A stretch of 64,000 bases of DNA from Octopus bimaculoides (lineage: Eukaryota). Positions 23,941 through 36,316 of this stretch are shown here, piece after piece. The translations under genes were made by a program, and so were the position numbers. The notes under the pieces are model-generated. The model worked only from the letters and a program-made list of their open reading frames with translations. It was not told where the DNA came from and made no database searches. The stretch's first letter is position 1; each line of letters starts with the position of its first letter. The stretch covers positions 105,774,997-105,838,996 of the forward strand of contig NC_068983.1 in NCBI RefSeq assembly GCF_001194135.2, written 5' to 3'.

Positions 23941-26900
23941 ATGTGAGAGTATATATATATACCAGTGCTTTTTATGTGGCACCAGCACCAGTGCTTTTTG
24001 CATGGCATCATCACCAGTGCTTTTTATGTGGGTGGGTGGGCCTTCTGAGTACAGCAATGTGCCATATATCTCAGTTCTTTGTCACCTCTTTTGTAAGACA
24101 TAGCATTTTGAGAATGGCCTTCTATATTTCATCATATCTTACTGGGTCTCCCTCTTCCACAACATCCATCCACTTTAAGTGATAAGCACTTCTTTATGCA
24201 ACTGCCATCAGCCATACACATTACATAATGAAACCAACACAATCTCCATACAATTGTGCTCTATCACATATGTACACCGATACTGCATATCCAGTGGAGC
24301 ATACCAGCTTCATTCCACTCTAGTTTTCGCATGGCCTCTGCATTCACACATCTCACTACCAAATAGCATTGCTATTCATATACATGCATCATACAATCTT
24401 CCTTTCACTCGGAGAGAGAGACTTTTGGTTACCAACAGAAATAAAAGCTCTCTGAACTTCTCCATCCTATTCTTATTCTAGCAATTACATTTTTGGTACA
24501 TCTCATCCTCTGCTAATTAGGCCACCTAGGTTGCAGAAATTATCTGTTACTTTCAGAGAGCCTCTGGGACATTTGAGGAAATCAGTTTCTCATGAATCTA
24601 TAGTCTTTATGGCTCTTGTACATCTTCCACATACAAACACGACTTCCTCTGTTAACCTTCCTACTATTCCACTGCACCTCTTGTGTGTCCATAGCTTGCA
24701 CTGGGTACACCAAATGAAATTTCTACTTACACCTTTCTTACATATTGAGCAGGGCCATTTACCTGAAGGAGGTAGAGTCTTGTCTTATTTCTTGCTTACT
24801 AGAAACTTGGTGTTGTCTGAGTTAACTTTAAGATCCTCTGATTCCAGGTGTTTTTTCCACATTTGGAATTTTTTTTCTTAGATGTTATAGAATATTTGGA
24901 TTATTTGCATTGATATTTATGTAAATGCTATTTGACTAAAAGACAGATTACAGTAGTTAGATATGTTTATATATCAAATATAAAGATGTAATGTTCAGAA
25001 AATATTTTGGTTGTATCATCCGCTATTCAATTATTTTACATGTATATTTCAATAATTTTTAGAAGAGAGAATTAAACTTACACAGATGGATGTAGATCAT
25101 CAAACTCAGTAGCAAAATCATCAAGTACAATATGTGCATCTTGCATTTCATCTCTTTCTCCTTTCATTTCTCTTACATAACCTTTTAAATAATAATTAAC
25201 TGAAATGACAAAGATGAAAAGTGATAAATAGATAGATAGCTAGATAAATAAAAAGATGGATGGATAGATGGAATGGATGACCAACTGTAACTGATATATT
25301 ATTTACTTTTCCTAGTACTTATTCCTGTAAAGAATGTAGTTAAGCAGTTTGTTTAACCAAAATTGATCAGGGGCTACAAAGCAGAGAAGGAATTGAGAGA
25401 TACCTAATAAGAATTCTAATTGTTTAGTCAGAGGAGAAATGGTAGTGCTCACATGCCTTTTCAATGCCACCAAGACTGGTGGAAAAAATATATGCTCAGA
25501 CATATAGTCTAAATATCTGCAACAGAGTGCACTCTGATAAAGGCATAGAAGAACCACAGAAAGTGGTATTAAAGTGGGTGATAGTTTAACATCATCACCT
25601 AACAGAGTGTTCCTCTTTTTCTACCTAAATACAGGAAGACTTCCTGTATTTGACAATTTCTGTTTACCAAATTTCACTCATCAAGCCTTGGTCAACACAA
25701 GGCTATGATAGAAGACACTCAATCTAAGCTGATGTTCAATGCAAGAAAAATTTAAAGCCAGAAAAACCCTTACATGTTAGACTTAGAAGGAATCTGGTAT
25801 GTTAGCAATGCAGCTAGAGAATAAGAGTGATACAATTTTAATAGGAGAATGAAATAACATTTCCTAACTCTCAGGTAATCTAGTAGTAAACACTATAATT
25901 CATATATAGTTTACTATCTTTCACTTCAAAAGATAGCAAGTTTTCATAAAAGCTGAAATTTTAAAGAACATGTATTTGTTAGGTTATATTGACTATATAT
26001 GATTTTAAGGAAATTACTGAAAACAATAAATTTTTAGCAAGTCTAAACTGAAAAGTATTAAAACTGGAAAATATCAACAGAAGACAAAGAAGAATTATGA
26101 GGTTTTCAATAGGGAATAGCCAGGAGGAAGGAGGGTATTTAAGTTCATTCGTGTTTCTTCAATAAAGAATGCACGAAAGGATAAATCTTACTTTAAGTAG
26201 CATGCCAGTCTATTGTAAGAATATGTTCAGATAATTTTATAACTGTTACTAAAAACTAGGATTATTGAAACCAGCAGAATGACATGTGCTGTTTATTGAA
26301 ATACTTGTAGTGGATTTGAATTCTCAATTTCTATGAGTTGATAGTCTGTTACTTTCATAGTACTCAGTTAGTCCATTTATGAGAATACTAATGTACAGAA
26401 CATATTAACTGGGTAAGGAATTGCATGGATGATTAAAGAGAATGAAAGATAATAGTTAGGCTGTTCAAATTGAACATAAAATTAAAATGCATAATCTCTG
26501 AGAATGCAGTGTTATTAAGTAGCTTAGAGTATATATAATATACATTGAAATATAGTAATATTGGGCAATATCATTAATTACAAAGTGACAGAATCAGTAG
26601 AATGCTTTTCAAAATGCCTTATGGTATTTAGTTAAGATCCTTTATGTTGAGAGTTCAAATCCAACCAAGGTCAACTTTGCCTTTTAATCTTATAGGGTCA
26701 TTTAAATAAAATATCAGTAAAATATTGGAATCAAACTTAATCAGTTAACAGTACACCTCCTGCTAAATTTGTAGCATTGCACCTATCTAATAAATTATTA
26801 TCATTATTATTACAATGACATACTTGATTGTCTTTGTTTAGCTGCAGTTGCAGACACTTCATCTGCAGATGATTGTGTGGCTTTCCTTTTTGTCGCTGCA

Positions 26901-29900
26901 CCATTTGTTGTTTTAGTTTGTTTCTCTTCATTGTTGCATTCTTTATTTTCCACTGAGTTGGACTGGTGACCTGGCAGTGAGTCAAATTAATAACAAATTG
27001 AACAAACACAACAACAAAGATAATAGGTAATGAACAAGAACAAAGTTTTTTAAATAGGATAATAATTGCAATTGGCTTGTTCAGTAGACCAACCAGATCA
27101 ATTTGTGCGGATAGCTCTCTTCCAACGGTGTTACGCGAGACTTGTCTCTTTCAAATGCACAAAGACACAATCACTACACATGTCATGAAAATAATATAGC
27201 ATCCCATCAACTCCAAACATGAACAACATGCAACAAGAACATGCTAGGACTTACTATCACTGAAAATCTTTACTGACAAACATACACACACTCAACATAA
27301 CTAAGACAAGACTTCCTGTTTAGGACCAGGAAATACTTCAGCTCTTAGCAACTACAAACACTGTATGGAGCTCAGTGAGAACAGCAATAGAATACTGCAT
27401 CCATATCTAGGGTGGTCCTGCTTCTTTACATCCAGACATTCTAGACTGCATCCAAAAAAGATGGCCAGACTGATTATTATCAAGTAGCCAGACAACACCA
27501 GCCTCTGACCTATAGACGTCCTCTGCCTTTTCTAACACTATAGTGACTGCTGCACTTAATGCTACCTCTGCCCAGGCATTTTTGGTTCACACATCTCTTT
27601 TCTGGTCACTCTACACTGAGTTTGCTCCATCCTCCCTTCTGAACATTAATTGTCTGGAATTCTTTCTCAGTTCATGATCACTAAGTGGGGTGGGAGTATG
27701 AAGGATTATCGTAGCCCAACCAGCAAATTCATTCTCCATGCTGGCGATTGGCAGTTCACAGTAGACATATGATAACTAAGAGGGTATGTTACTTGCCAAA
27801 TGTGTTTCTTGGGGGTTACAAAAGGAAGTCTTGCCACCCAGAACTAGATCTACATCAAAATGACTCAGATATTATTTATAAAATTGAAAAAAAAACAACA
27901 AAAAAACCCCCAGCTTTCTTTCTTTGCTACAATTACAAGAATATAAAATATTTAAATACGGTAACAAAGACAATGCATTTAATTCTCAATCTGTAGTCTT
28001 TATGGCTCTTGCACATCTTCCACATACCAACACAACTTTCTCTGTTAAACCTTCCTACTATTTCACCACACCTCTTGTTATGGCCTGACGGGCCATAACC
28101 AACAGCTACAATAATTCTCGCTCTCTCTCTAAATATATTATTGACTGCTATTTCCAGTAAATATTGGTGCCTTGTTGTACCACTATCTTTTATATATATA
28201 TATCAGGTTGGTGCAAAGGTAACGGCCAATTTGCCAGAAAATAGTTTTAGACATTATTTTTTAAAATAGTGCCTCTTTCAATGTTTTCAGAATGTTACAA
28301 TGAGTAATTTATAGATTTTTCTTTCAGATTCTAATTGTAATTGCCACAATCTTCTGCTATATTCGCACCTAAGTCTGTCCCATCTAAAGATCACATTAAA
28401 CATGAGTTTCATAAAGGTGTCAATGCAAGCACAGCAGCAAAGTCTCCTCAGAGAGTTTATGGGGATGATGTAGTGAGTGAAAGAAGTTGCAGGAGATGGT
28501 TTTCTCATTTCAGAAGAGGGGATTTGAGTTTGAAAGACAAGCCAAAAAAAGGTCATTAAAAACAACTTGATTCCGAAAAGTTGAAAGCTGTTGTCACAGA
28601 AAATCCAACCGCTACTTGCAGAGAACTTGCAGAACAGTTTAACATAACCCATACAACTGTTCTATGCCAACTGAAAAGGATTGGAAAGGTTTCAGTGGTT
28701 GGAAAATGGGTCCTGCATGAGCTGTCTCCAGAGAATCTGCAACAGCGTGTTGTTTGTTGTCAGTCATTGCTTTCACAACACCTTAAGGAACCATTTTTAG
28801 GAAGGCTTGTTACAGGTGATGAGAAGTGGATACTTTACTCTAACGTTAAGCGCCGCTGATTGTCGATCAGGCGAGAAGGAAGACCTGTTCAACAACCAAG
28901 AAGACTAGTTTGATAAGTACCAACGCACGAAACTCTCAGGCCTTCAGTTACTCTGTTACTTCTGCTAAATATATAGATATATATATTATATATATATTTA
29001 TAGAGGCCATAGGCCAACAAGTCTTAGGATCTGATGATACACCATAATGATACTCTTTATGGTGAGAAACCAGGAATATATATATATTTATATAGTAAAA
29101 TTCTGTAACAGCAAACGACATATAAAGTCCCCCCCAATATATGAGGACTCCTCGACCACCTTCTTTTAGCTCTAACTCCCATGCAAAACTGAAGTGTCAG
29201 TCCTCTTATCCCAAACATATTTGTATATATTTGGATCAGGACAGAAAACCCAGCCATTGGGCATTTCTCTTCACCAAAAGGAAGTCTTTCTGCCAATGGT
29301 CCCTAACTTTTTTTGTCTTACTACCAAAGAGTCCTTTTATTTGAATGAATTTTCCCATGGATCGCAGGCTTTTAAAAGTTTTGTCCACTTAATAGGCCAA
29401 TTTTACCAACCAAACTTGTTTTCCCAGTTTCATCTCCCTATTGAAAGATATATATAACTGAATATTTATACATTTCACACTGCAGCCTTTTAAAATTTTG
29501 AAACAGAGATTACATACTAACTTTGTGGACCATTGCTCTAAGCCTGCGTTTTTCAAACTTTTTTGTCGCAACCCATTTTATTTATATCGCGACCCACTGA
29601 ACCACTGAAGGAATCGAACTCGGAATTTTGGGGTTAGTAGCCTGCGCTCTTAACCCCAAGATTCCGAGTTCGATTTCAAGCAGTGACCTGAATAATAATA
29701 ATAATAATAACAACAACAACATCATCGAAAAATGCCTTAGGAATAAGAACCCTGGTTCGAAATTTCCCCAAGACACCTGATGAAAGCTGGATGGTATATC
29801 AGCCGACGTTGTGTGTTAACAACAAACAAGATGGGACAAATATCCGTCAAATGTAAATAATGTAAATAATCGACCCCAGTGCTCAGCCGGTACTTATTTT

Positions 29901-32316
29901 ATTGACCTCTAAAGGCTATAGGGTAAAGTCGACCACGGCGAAATTTGAACTCAGAACGTAAAGACGGACGAAATGCCGCCAAGAATTTTAATCGGCGTGT
30001 TAACGATTCCGTCAGCTCGCCGCTTAGTCGACCTTGAAGGAATTTGAACTCAGAACGTATAATACGGACGGGTGAAATGCCACTAAGCATTTTTGTCAGG
30101 AGTTCTAACTGTTCTGCCAGCTCACCGTCTTGATAACAATAATAATTCTTTTTAATAAGGTGGTAAGCTGGCTATATTGTTAGCACGTCGGGCAAATTAT
30201 TTACAAGCAAGGTAATATTGGCCAGAAATGTTTTTCAAATTCGTCTGCCGAATTCGACTTTGCCTTTCATCCTTTCGAAGTCGATAAAATAAGTACCAGC
30301 TGACCACTGGAGTCGATATAATCGACTTACTCCCACCCCTGAAATTGCTGTCCTTGTGCTTAAATTCGAAAACAACACTAATTCTTTTTAATTTTGGCAC
30401 AAAGCCAGCAATGTTGAAGGGCGGAAGAAAGTTGACCGCATTGATTCCCCCAGTGCTCAGCATCGCCGTCTCTCCATTTATAATAAGCTTCAGTCAATGG
30501 AATTAGAGCTATCCTTTGAAATATTCCATCTATTTTGTTTAAAAGCTATTATTTTTCATTTTTTGCTGTTATTTCTCTTTGACTAATTTTATTACTGATA
30601 TACGATATGTTGAGGATTAGAACGTGCTTGTGAATAAATAAGTAAAAACAACTATATTTCTATCTTTTGTGCTTATCATTTATGCAGCACAAAAGCTCCC
30701 ACTTAGAGTAAACATCTACTGTATATTATACAATGTTGGTAACATAAAATAAAAGTCCAAAAAAAAGAGGAAAACAAACAAAATGCACTACTTCTATTTA
30801 TATAAATATATATAATCATGTTGTTGTTGATCTTAGTTTATGTAGATTGAATAATTGCGCTGTGGTTCTGCCTTCATTAGATACGATTTTTATGTTTTCA
30901 TGGTCATGGCTATGTCATTAAAATATTTGAACCTGTCTTTTAATTAGGAATCTTGGATAATATGAATGATTTACATTTGGTTATTTTATGCCTTTTGGGC
31001 ATAACTACAGGGTTTTACCCCACAGACTTTGGGAGGTCATAACTTTCAGAAAAATGAATATTTTTTAATGAAATTTTCTATGCATATAGTATTTGCTATG
31101 TAGAATCCGAATATACAAAAATTTCCTTTGAAAGTATTTTGGAATGGGGGTGGGGGACAATTTTCGGAAATTCCAACAGAGTCCACTTAAATTCTTCTTA
31201 ACTTCCAAGAAAATTAATATTTTTTCGTGAAATTTTCTACAAATATACCTTGATGTATGTACATTTCGAGCATGTAGGAAGGAAACTACTTTTGTATATT
31301 CGGATTCTACATAGCAAATACTATANNNNNNNNNNNNNNNNNNNNNNNNNNNNNNNNNNNNNNNNNNNNNNNNNNNNNNNNNNNNNNNNNNNNNNNNNNN
31401 NNNNNNNNNNNNNNNNNNNNNNNNNNNNNNNNNNNNNNNNNNNNNNNNNNNNNNNNNNNNNNNNNNNNNNNNNNNNNNNNNNNNNNNNNNNNNNNNNNNN
31501 NNNNNNNNNNNNNNNNNNNNNNNNNNNNNNNNNNNNNNNNNNNNNNNNNNNNNNNNNNNNNNNNNNNNNNNNNNNNNNNNNNNNNNNNNNNNNNNNNNNN
31601 NNNNNNNNATTTGCACACGCGGGTTAGGGATAGGGTTAGGACCGACCACTCAAGACTAGCTAGCGCGGACGCGCGACTGCGCGTTCGGGTCCGCGCTGCT
31701 TTAGTAGTACCAAACCCTGCAGTTATGCCATTTTTTGTTTAGCTTTTCATTGGATCCGCTTACTTCGTCAACATCGTGTTTGTTCTTCACTAGAGTTTGG
31801 TAAACAATTATATAGCTATAGGAAAAAAAAAAAAAAAAACTTTCTGCGTATTATGACATCTTGTGAAAGTATAATGTAGTCTGTATCTGAGTTGAATCAA
31901 ATTATTTTCTTTTTCGTAAAGGAAATCTTTACTATTATGACAAAATTGCTTCGTCCCAGGTCGCTACGGACAGTACAGATATATTATGAATTGCGTTCCA
32001 GGTGTGACAATCTCAACTTTTCTCGGTGTAGTGTTTTACTTGACACACTGTCGTTTTTTTAAAAGATAAATAAATGTGATTTGAAGGAGATTGTGCTGCA
32101 ATTTCTAACAGGTCAAATAACCACGTAGAAGCTTCCTCGTTGATTCATTTATAAACTAAGATCTAAATCAAATTTCATTAGGTAAATTACATATATATCA
32201 ATAAACCTAAAGTATTTATACTTCATAACATAAGAAAGAACGAACATAATAAATATTTTAACAGTTCAATAAAAATTCATATCACCTGGCTCCGGTAAAT
32301 CTCCGAAAAGATCCAT
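14104..32316 (-). CDS. ILKAP: Integrin-linked kinase-associated PP2C phosphatase, complete 10-exon CDS (1083 nt, 360 aa)
   Basis: Exons 32316-32286, 26970-26824, 25199-25082, 22653-22547, 21848-21755, 20511-20424, 18209-18088, 17905-17786, 15561-15480, 14277-14104; all GT-AG and frame-consistent; MDLFGDLPEP start, GERDEMQDAH, FDGHGG, KDGSTA, NLGDS, ACDGLW, ADNVTV motifs. Confidence 0.95.
15480..15561 (-). CDS. ILKAP: ILKAP coding exon 9
   Basis: FFIIACDGLWKSLTAEECIQFVCNVLE. Confidence 0.93.
15779..16943 (-). mobile_element. piggyBac relic (internally deleted, spans N-gap) in ILKAP intron
   Basis: TTAA at both ends, perfect 13-bp TIR ccctttcgttact/agtaacgaaaggg; acidic N-terminus SSSDSEFEGFSTED and GIKQLPRITNYWS resembling piggyBac transposase. 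Confidence 0.8.
17165..17265 (-). mobile_element. Truncated hammerhead-SINE (family D) tail
   Basis: Reverse complement of gacctgaataataat...aggaatgagaacccaggttcgaaatttccccaagat-agctgatgaaggct, broken after CUGAUGA. Confidence 0.8.
17293..17510 (+). mobile_element. Full-length tRNA-derived SINE family B
   Basis: ggcggtgagctggcagaaacgttagc...gagttcaatttccgccgaggtcgactttgcctttcatc...ggccttgtgcctagagtagaaaagaat; more than 10 further copies in window (e.g. 8195, 29870-30460, 45590, 47160, 52440, 62400). Confidence 0.85.
17513..17680 (+). mobile_element. Hammerhead-SINE (family D) 3' part with G12>A core mutation
   Basis: gacac-ctgatga-aggctg...cagcc-aaaac-gtt-gtgtt at 17561-17606. Confidence 0.8.
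17786..17905 (-). CDS. ILKAP: ILKAP coding exon 8
   Basis: DGRVMGTLEISRSLGDGQYKNHGVICVPDVRKCQLTDND. Confidence 0.95.
18088..18209 (-). CDS. ILKAP: ILKAP coding exon 7
   Basis: AILCRYKENTQQYVAVPLTTEHHPTVYEERMRIQKAGGHV. Confidence 0.95.
18554..19790 (-). mobile_element. Near full-length degenerate mariner
   Basis: TIRs tattaggctgtcaagaaagttcttg / caaggactttcttgacaacttaata; frameshifted transposase (MDKKKIRTIFLFQFKLG..., LLHDNAWPH, HPPYSP, RWQKCVDSDGVYFD). Confidence 0.9.
20424..20511 (-). CDS. ILKAP: ILKAP coding exon 6
   Basis: KPAWKDGSTATVVLAINDTLYISNLGDSK. Confidence 0.95.
20581..21128. mobile_element. Tc1-type MITE containing an inserted SINE (about 20675-20992, minus)
   Basis: TA-cagggtaaccataaattacc ... 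gataatttacggacaccctg-TA imperfect TIRs. Confidence 0.6.
21755..21848 (-). CDS. ILKAP: ILKAP coding exon 5
   Basis: GDIKQVEKEIKRSFIEAYKQTDRDYLTVAAK. Confidence 0.93.
22547..22653 (-). CDS. ILKAP: ILKAP coding exon 4
   Basis: CRLAVYGVFDGHGGSRAACFASKHLYKNLRTVFPK; alternative in-frame acceptor would start at 22647. Confidence 0.93.
22895..23172 (-). mobile_element. Solo LTR (278 bp) inserted in a family-A SINE
   Basis: TGT...ACA termini, 5-bp duplication agcct at 22890-22894 and 23173-23177, AATAAA on minus strand. Confidence 0.65.
23955..24800 (-). mobile_element. Degenerate RTE LINE 3' region
   Basis: Minus-strand KRCSGIVGRLTEEVVFVCGRC Cys-rich segment (second copy at 27990-28078) and RTE-type 3' UTR. 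Confidence 0.6.
25082..25199 (-). CDS. ILKAP: ILKAP coding exon 3
   Basis: NYYLKGYVREMKGERDEMQDAHIVLDDFATEFDDLHPS. Confidence 0.95.
26824..26970 (-). CDS. ILKAP: ILKAP coding exon 2 (disordered, basic KRK patch)
   Basis: HQSNSVENKECNNEEKQTKTTNGAATKRKATQSSADEVSATAAKQRQS; cag/gtatgt boundaries; phases fit exons 1 and 3. Confidence 0.8.
28201..28900 (+). mobile_element. Mariner, 5' TIR and frameshifted transposase (3'-truncated)
   Basis: tatcaggttggtgcaaaggtaac start; VYGDDVVSERSCRRWFSHFRRGD, GKWVLHEL, LVTGDEKWILYSN. Confidence 0.9.
29600..29870 (+). mobile_element. Hammerhead-SINE (family D) with inverted 5' head and decayed core
   Basis: Inverted duplication of the tRNA-like head, (AAT)n, then gacac-ctgatga-aagctg...cagcc-ga-cgtt (GAAA reduced to GA). 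Confidence 0.8.
30998..31729. mobile_element. Putative non-autonomous DNA transposon spanning N-gap
   Basis: 18-bp TIR ggcataact(a/g)cagggttt with 1 mismatch; internal perfect 36-bp inverted repeat 31085-31120/31290-31325. Confidence 0.45.
32286..32316 (-). CDS. ILKAP: ILKAP coding exon 1
   Basis: ATG GAT CTT TTC GGA GAT TTA CCG GAG CCA G|gt = MDLFGDLPEP, the characteristic ILKAP N-terminus. Confidence 0.9.
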
Positions 32317-32760
32317 TTGAAGACTGAGAGATGAGGAGAATCAAGGAAAGATAATTCATGTTGTGCCAAGGGAAATAATTCAGTCTGTTTAGCAATCGGC
32401 GGTCCTGATGGCGATGTATTGTTGATGTTAGACATACGACATAAAATTTACTGAAATTTCATATCTACTCTTGCTGTATAAGGTCTGTTTCTTTTGTTAT
32501 AATTTAATAATGATTTTTAAAATAAGCATGTCGAATAAAACAGCATTATTTTGTTGGAAAAACCCGGTATAAAATCCTCATGATTATAAATTGTTTACTC
32601 TTCAGTTACAACGTGTCAATTTATTAAAAAAAAAATATAATATAGTTATAAACTTTGTTTAGACAAGAGATAGAAATTATTTCAACAAATATGCAAAGTA
32701 AGGTATATCAGACGATTTTAACTTAATGAATGCTGTTATTTTTATTTCTAAAATATCCCA
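32317..32760. promoter_or_regulatory. Putative promoter region upstream of ILKAP, possibly shared with CDK5RAP3
   Basis: Head-to-head gene arrangement; CDK5RAP3 ATG is preceded by a splice acceptor (tttttgaag at 39490), implying an upstream non-coding exon; no TSS data. Confidence 0.3.
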
Positions 32761-33449
32761 TATGTTGGTTGATTATTTCAGATTGTGATTATTTTGAACA
32801 ATGAAAGCATAAGCAGAAGAAACCAATTATATTTATATTGGTAAATGACACGATATTTGTAGGATATTAATTTTAATTATTATCAACTATTACAACTATA
32901 GTATTTTGCGTTGTTAAAGTTAACGTTCTAAATATTCTTTTTTTTGTTGTTGAATTTACCGAATGTATGATTGTCGTTTATTTTCTATTATAATTCAATT
33001 CCATCTTAGATCTCTTCTGCATCTTCTACTTAATACCCAGTTTAACTCTCTAGGTGCCAGGTTTTTAATTTTATCTTAAAGTTACCATTGTTTAAATGAT
33101 GCAAATGAATTGTTTAGAAATCAAACTTTGACACATATGTGACAGAATTTCCGATCCACTATGATCTATTTTCGATTCTATCTTCTATTTCTGTATCTTA
33201 CAACATTAACGTGCTAATACTTGGGGGTTGTGTTAAGAAATAAAAACATAACCCCCCCCCCCTGCTGTCTACCCGATGATAATATACGAAACGGTAGCCC
33301 AGTCACTTGAACACTGGTAAGCTACAGTTTTTAATACAGTGACTAAGTGGCGGGGCACAATGAGTAATATTTACTGCATTTTTTACTTTGAAGAAAAAAA
33401 AAAAGTTTTTACAAATGTTCACTACCTTACAAAAACCATATCAGGTAAG

Positions 33450-34300
33450 AAAATGACCGGATCTTTGTGATTTGACGGGCAACACTTGTTTTCTTAACGA
33501 AACACTTTCAAACTTGGGACACTGGTAGAATGTGTCATACAAAACAACTTTTTCTCTTAGCCTTCTTAACAAAAAATTGTACATCGCAAGTTATTTCATG
33601 TTAAAGTTGTCGTATTTCTGTAATTTCAACCAATCACTGACGTCTATTCAGCTGAATACAGTCAGTGCTGACCGGTCATAAAAATGTCATTCCCTGTGAC
33701 ATATTTCATCCGGTTTAATCGTAATTTATATGCATATATTGTTTATATAATAAATTACGCTGTGCGTATCTGTGTGTGTAACAATTTTAGAGNNNNNNNN
33801 NNNNNNNNNNNNNNNNNNNNNNNNNNNNNNNNNNNNNNNNNNNNNNNNNNNNNNNNNNNNNNNNNNNNNNNNNNNNNNNNNNNNNNNNNNNNNNNNNNNN
33901 NNNNNNNNNNNNNNNNNNNNNNNNNNNNNNNNNNNNNNNNNNNNNNNTAATAATTCTGCCAGCTCCAATAATAAGTGCAGGCAATATTCAAGTATTTTGA
34001 TGGCTTTTTCCCCTTTGTTTACAAACAGTCTAGTTAATCGGAAATGTCAGAACTAACGGGGATTAATACCATATACACCGTTACAGCGCTAACTGTTTTC
34101 AACTGAATAGACGTCAGTGATTAGTTGAAATTATCGAAATAAGACAATTTTTAATGTGAAATAACTTCGAATACAAAATTTTTTTTATCTGTTTTATACC
34201 ACAAAATATACAAGTATACGAAGTTTGAATGTTTCGGTACCAAAAACACTACATAAAAAAATGTTGCCCGTCAAACCATAAAGATCCAAATGACCTTCTC
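33450..34300. mobile_element. Fold-back/MITE element with long imperfect inverted arms (spans N-gap)
   Basis: ggatctttgtgatttgacgggcaaca vs tgttgcccgtcaaaccataaagatcc; cactgacgtctattcag vs ctgaatagacgtcagtg. Confidence 0.6.
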
Positions 34301-36316
34301 TAAATGCATTAAAAACATTTCAGGACACTATTTCAAAAAATTATCTCCGTTCTCCTTGATTATACAGAAGACATTTAGGTGGAGCAAAATAAGACGAAAT
34401 AAGGTCAATTTCTCTCCTCAATTCTCCAGAATTACACTTGAGAAAGGGCTCATAGAGATTACTATCCATCCTTATGCATCATAAAGATCAGAAATGCAAC
34501 AAAAATGAGGGTCATGGAAAAATGACACATGATAATTAACAAACGATACTTGAATAAATCTAAAAACTCAACATAAAATATTCTCTATAGCTTTTTTATG
34601 ATCTTCTGGAGTGGCTCTTTTCCAAATATGTAGATACATCACACAACTGAAAAAAGGAATTATTTAAATTAGTCATTACTCATTTTACCCCACTCCAGAC
34701 ATATTTTTTTCAAAATTGAAAATTATCAAATTAGTCATTAGTGTAGGAAACAGAGAAAAGAATATCGATTGTTAAACATCAAAATTATCCAGGTATTTTA
34801 TTACTGAATTACAATTGGGTCAAAGTTGAAAAATTTCTTGGGGAAAAAGTACCTGCCACCTGACAACTTCAGCAACAACTATGCTGACCAAGATTATTCA
34901 TTTTGCCCCACCCTTATTGAAGATATCATTAACTTATCTCTGGCATTTCTAATTTATTTTATTCTAAAAACTGTTATAGATTGTGATGTAGCTGTTAGTA
35001 TATATATCAGTTGACCATATGAAGGAACTTGATCAGTTAATGTGCCTCAGTCATTATTTAAATTGACAACAGTAAATTTGAAACTTCAAACAGCTGTTTT
35101 AACTGAGTATTGTAATTCTCCAACATTACCAGACACAATGTCAGACACAGTCTTATGGCCATACGACTGTGTCTGACATTGAACTGGTATCACCACAGGA
35201 AAGCATGCAGCATACAAACAACACCATGTCAGCATAACAGTGTGCAGATGTTGAACAGATACATTTATATATTCTTTTCTACTCTAGGTACAAGGCCCGA
35301 AATTTTGGGGGAGGGGCCCAGTCTATTAGATCGACCCCAGTACATGACCCCAAAAGGATGAAAGGCAAAGTCAACCTCAGAGATACATTTATATATTAAT
35401 AAGAGAATACTATTATCTAAACATTATTCTGACCACAAAATGTAATTTGCCTTAGTCATTATCTTTATGGCTTCTGAATTCCCTTTGTGATCCTACAACT
35501 CTTATATGGGGATTTTATTCTTAATAAAATGCTGTGAGTGTAAATAGGATTTAATATTGGTAGTGTGGGAGATGTTAGTGATTGAATAGTTGCAACAATG
35601 GTAATTGGAGAAATTGGTATTCTTAACCTGTTAGAAACATTACTACAGGGGATCACATGATCATCTGGCAGCTCTGTAGGAGGTGCTGGTGATATTATTG
35701 ACCCCATTGATAACATTATTGTGATTTGTAGATATGCTTGGAGTAGGATATTTAGGAGCTATTTGTTCAACTGATGTCAATTGAGCTGTTTCGTATTCAA
35801 GTATAATCCAGACCCTGTTTCTGGCAGTTAGATGTAATGCCCATCTAAAGAAAATTTCATTATATTGTTTTTGAATTAACTATTTGTTCAACCTCATGGA
35901 AAGAGTTTATTACTATTCACAGTCGCATATCAAGTAATTTTTCAGCTGAAGATAACTTGCTTGCACCAGATGTACTGTAATTATAGATAAGAACCTTTAG
36001 CAAATACTCCTCAAACTTTCTAATAACTTTTTAATGCAGGCTTGGTTGTTTTCACAGCTGTTTCTACTATATCATTAGATTTTGAACTGGAAGAAGGACA
36101 TTCAATTTTCTTGCAACTTAGTTTAACCAGTTCTTCAACTGAATGATTTCTAGTCCATTGTTTGATGCCACCATTATTGCGTTATTAGAATATCAAATCT
36201 AGAGAAGAAAAATAAAAGTTTCCTTTTCCTGGGCTCCAACTGAAGCAAAAAGGTTTCAGTTGAAATAGTGCCTGAGTCATCAATAATCAACATGTTATTA
36301 TGACAGTAATAACATA

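Noticed and set aside
28905-28950. Hammerhead-like ttgataa-gtac-caac-gcac-gaaac
   Set aside because: Core has two substitutions and no helix I/III or NUH site could be built
35465-35716. Minus-strand ORF faintly resembling the LINE pre-RT region (…LRIKSPYKSC…)
   Set aside because: Too degenerate to call without an alignment; not a host gene
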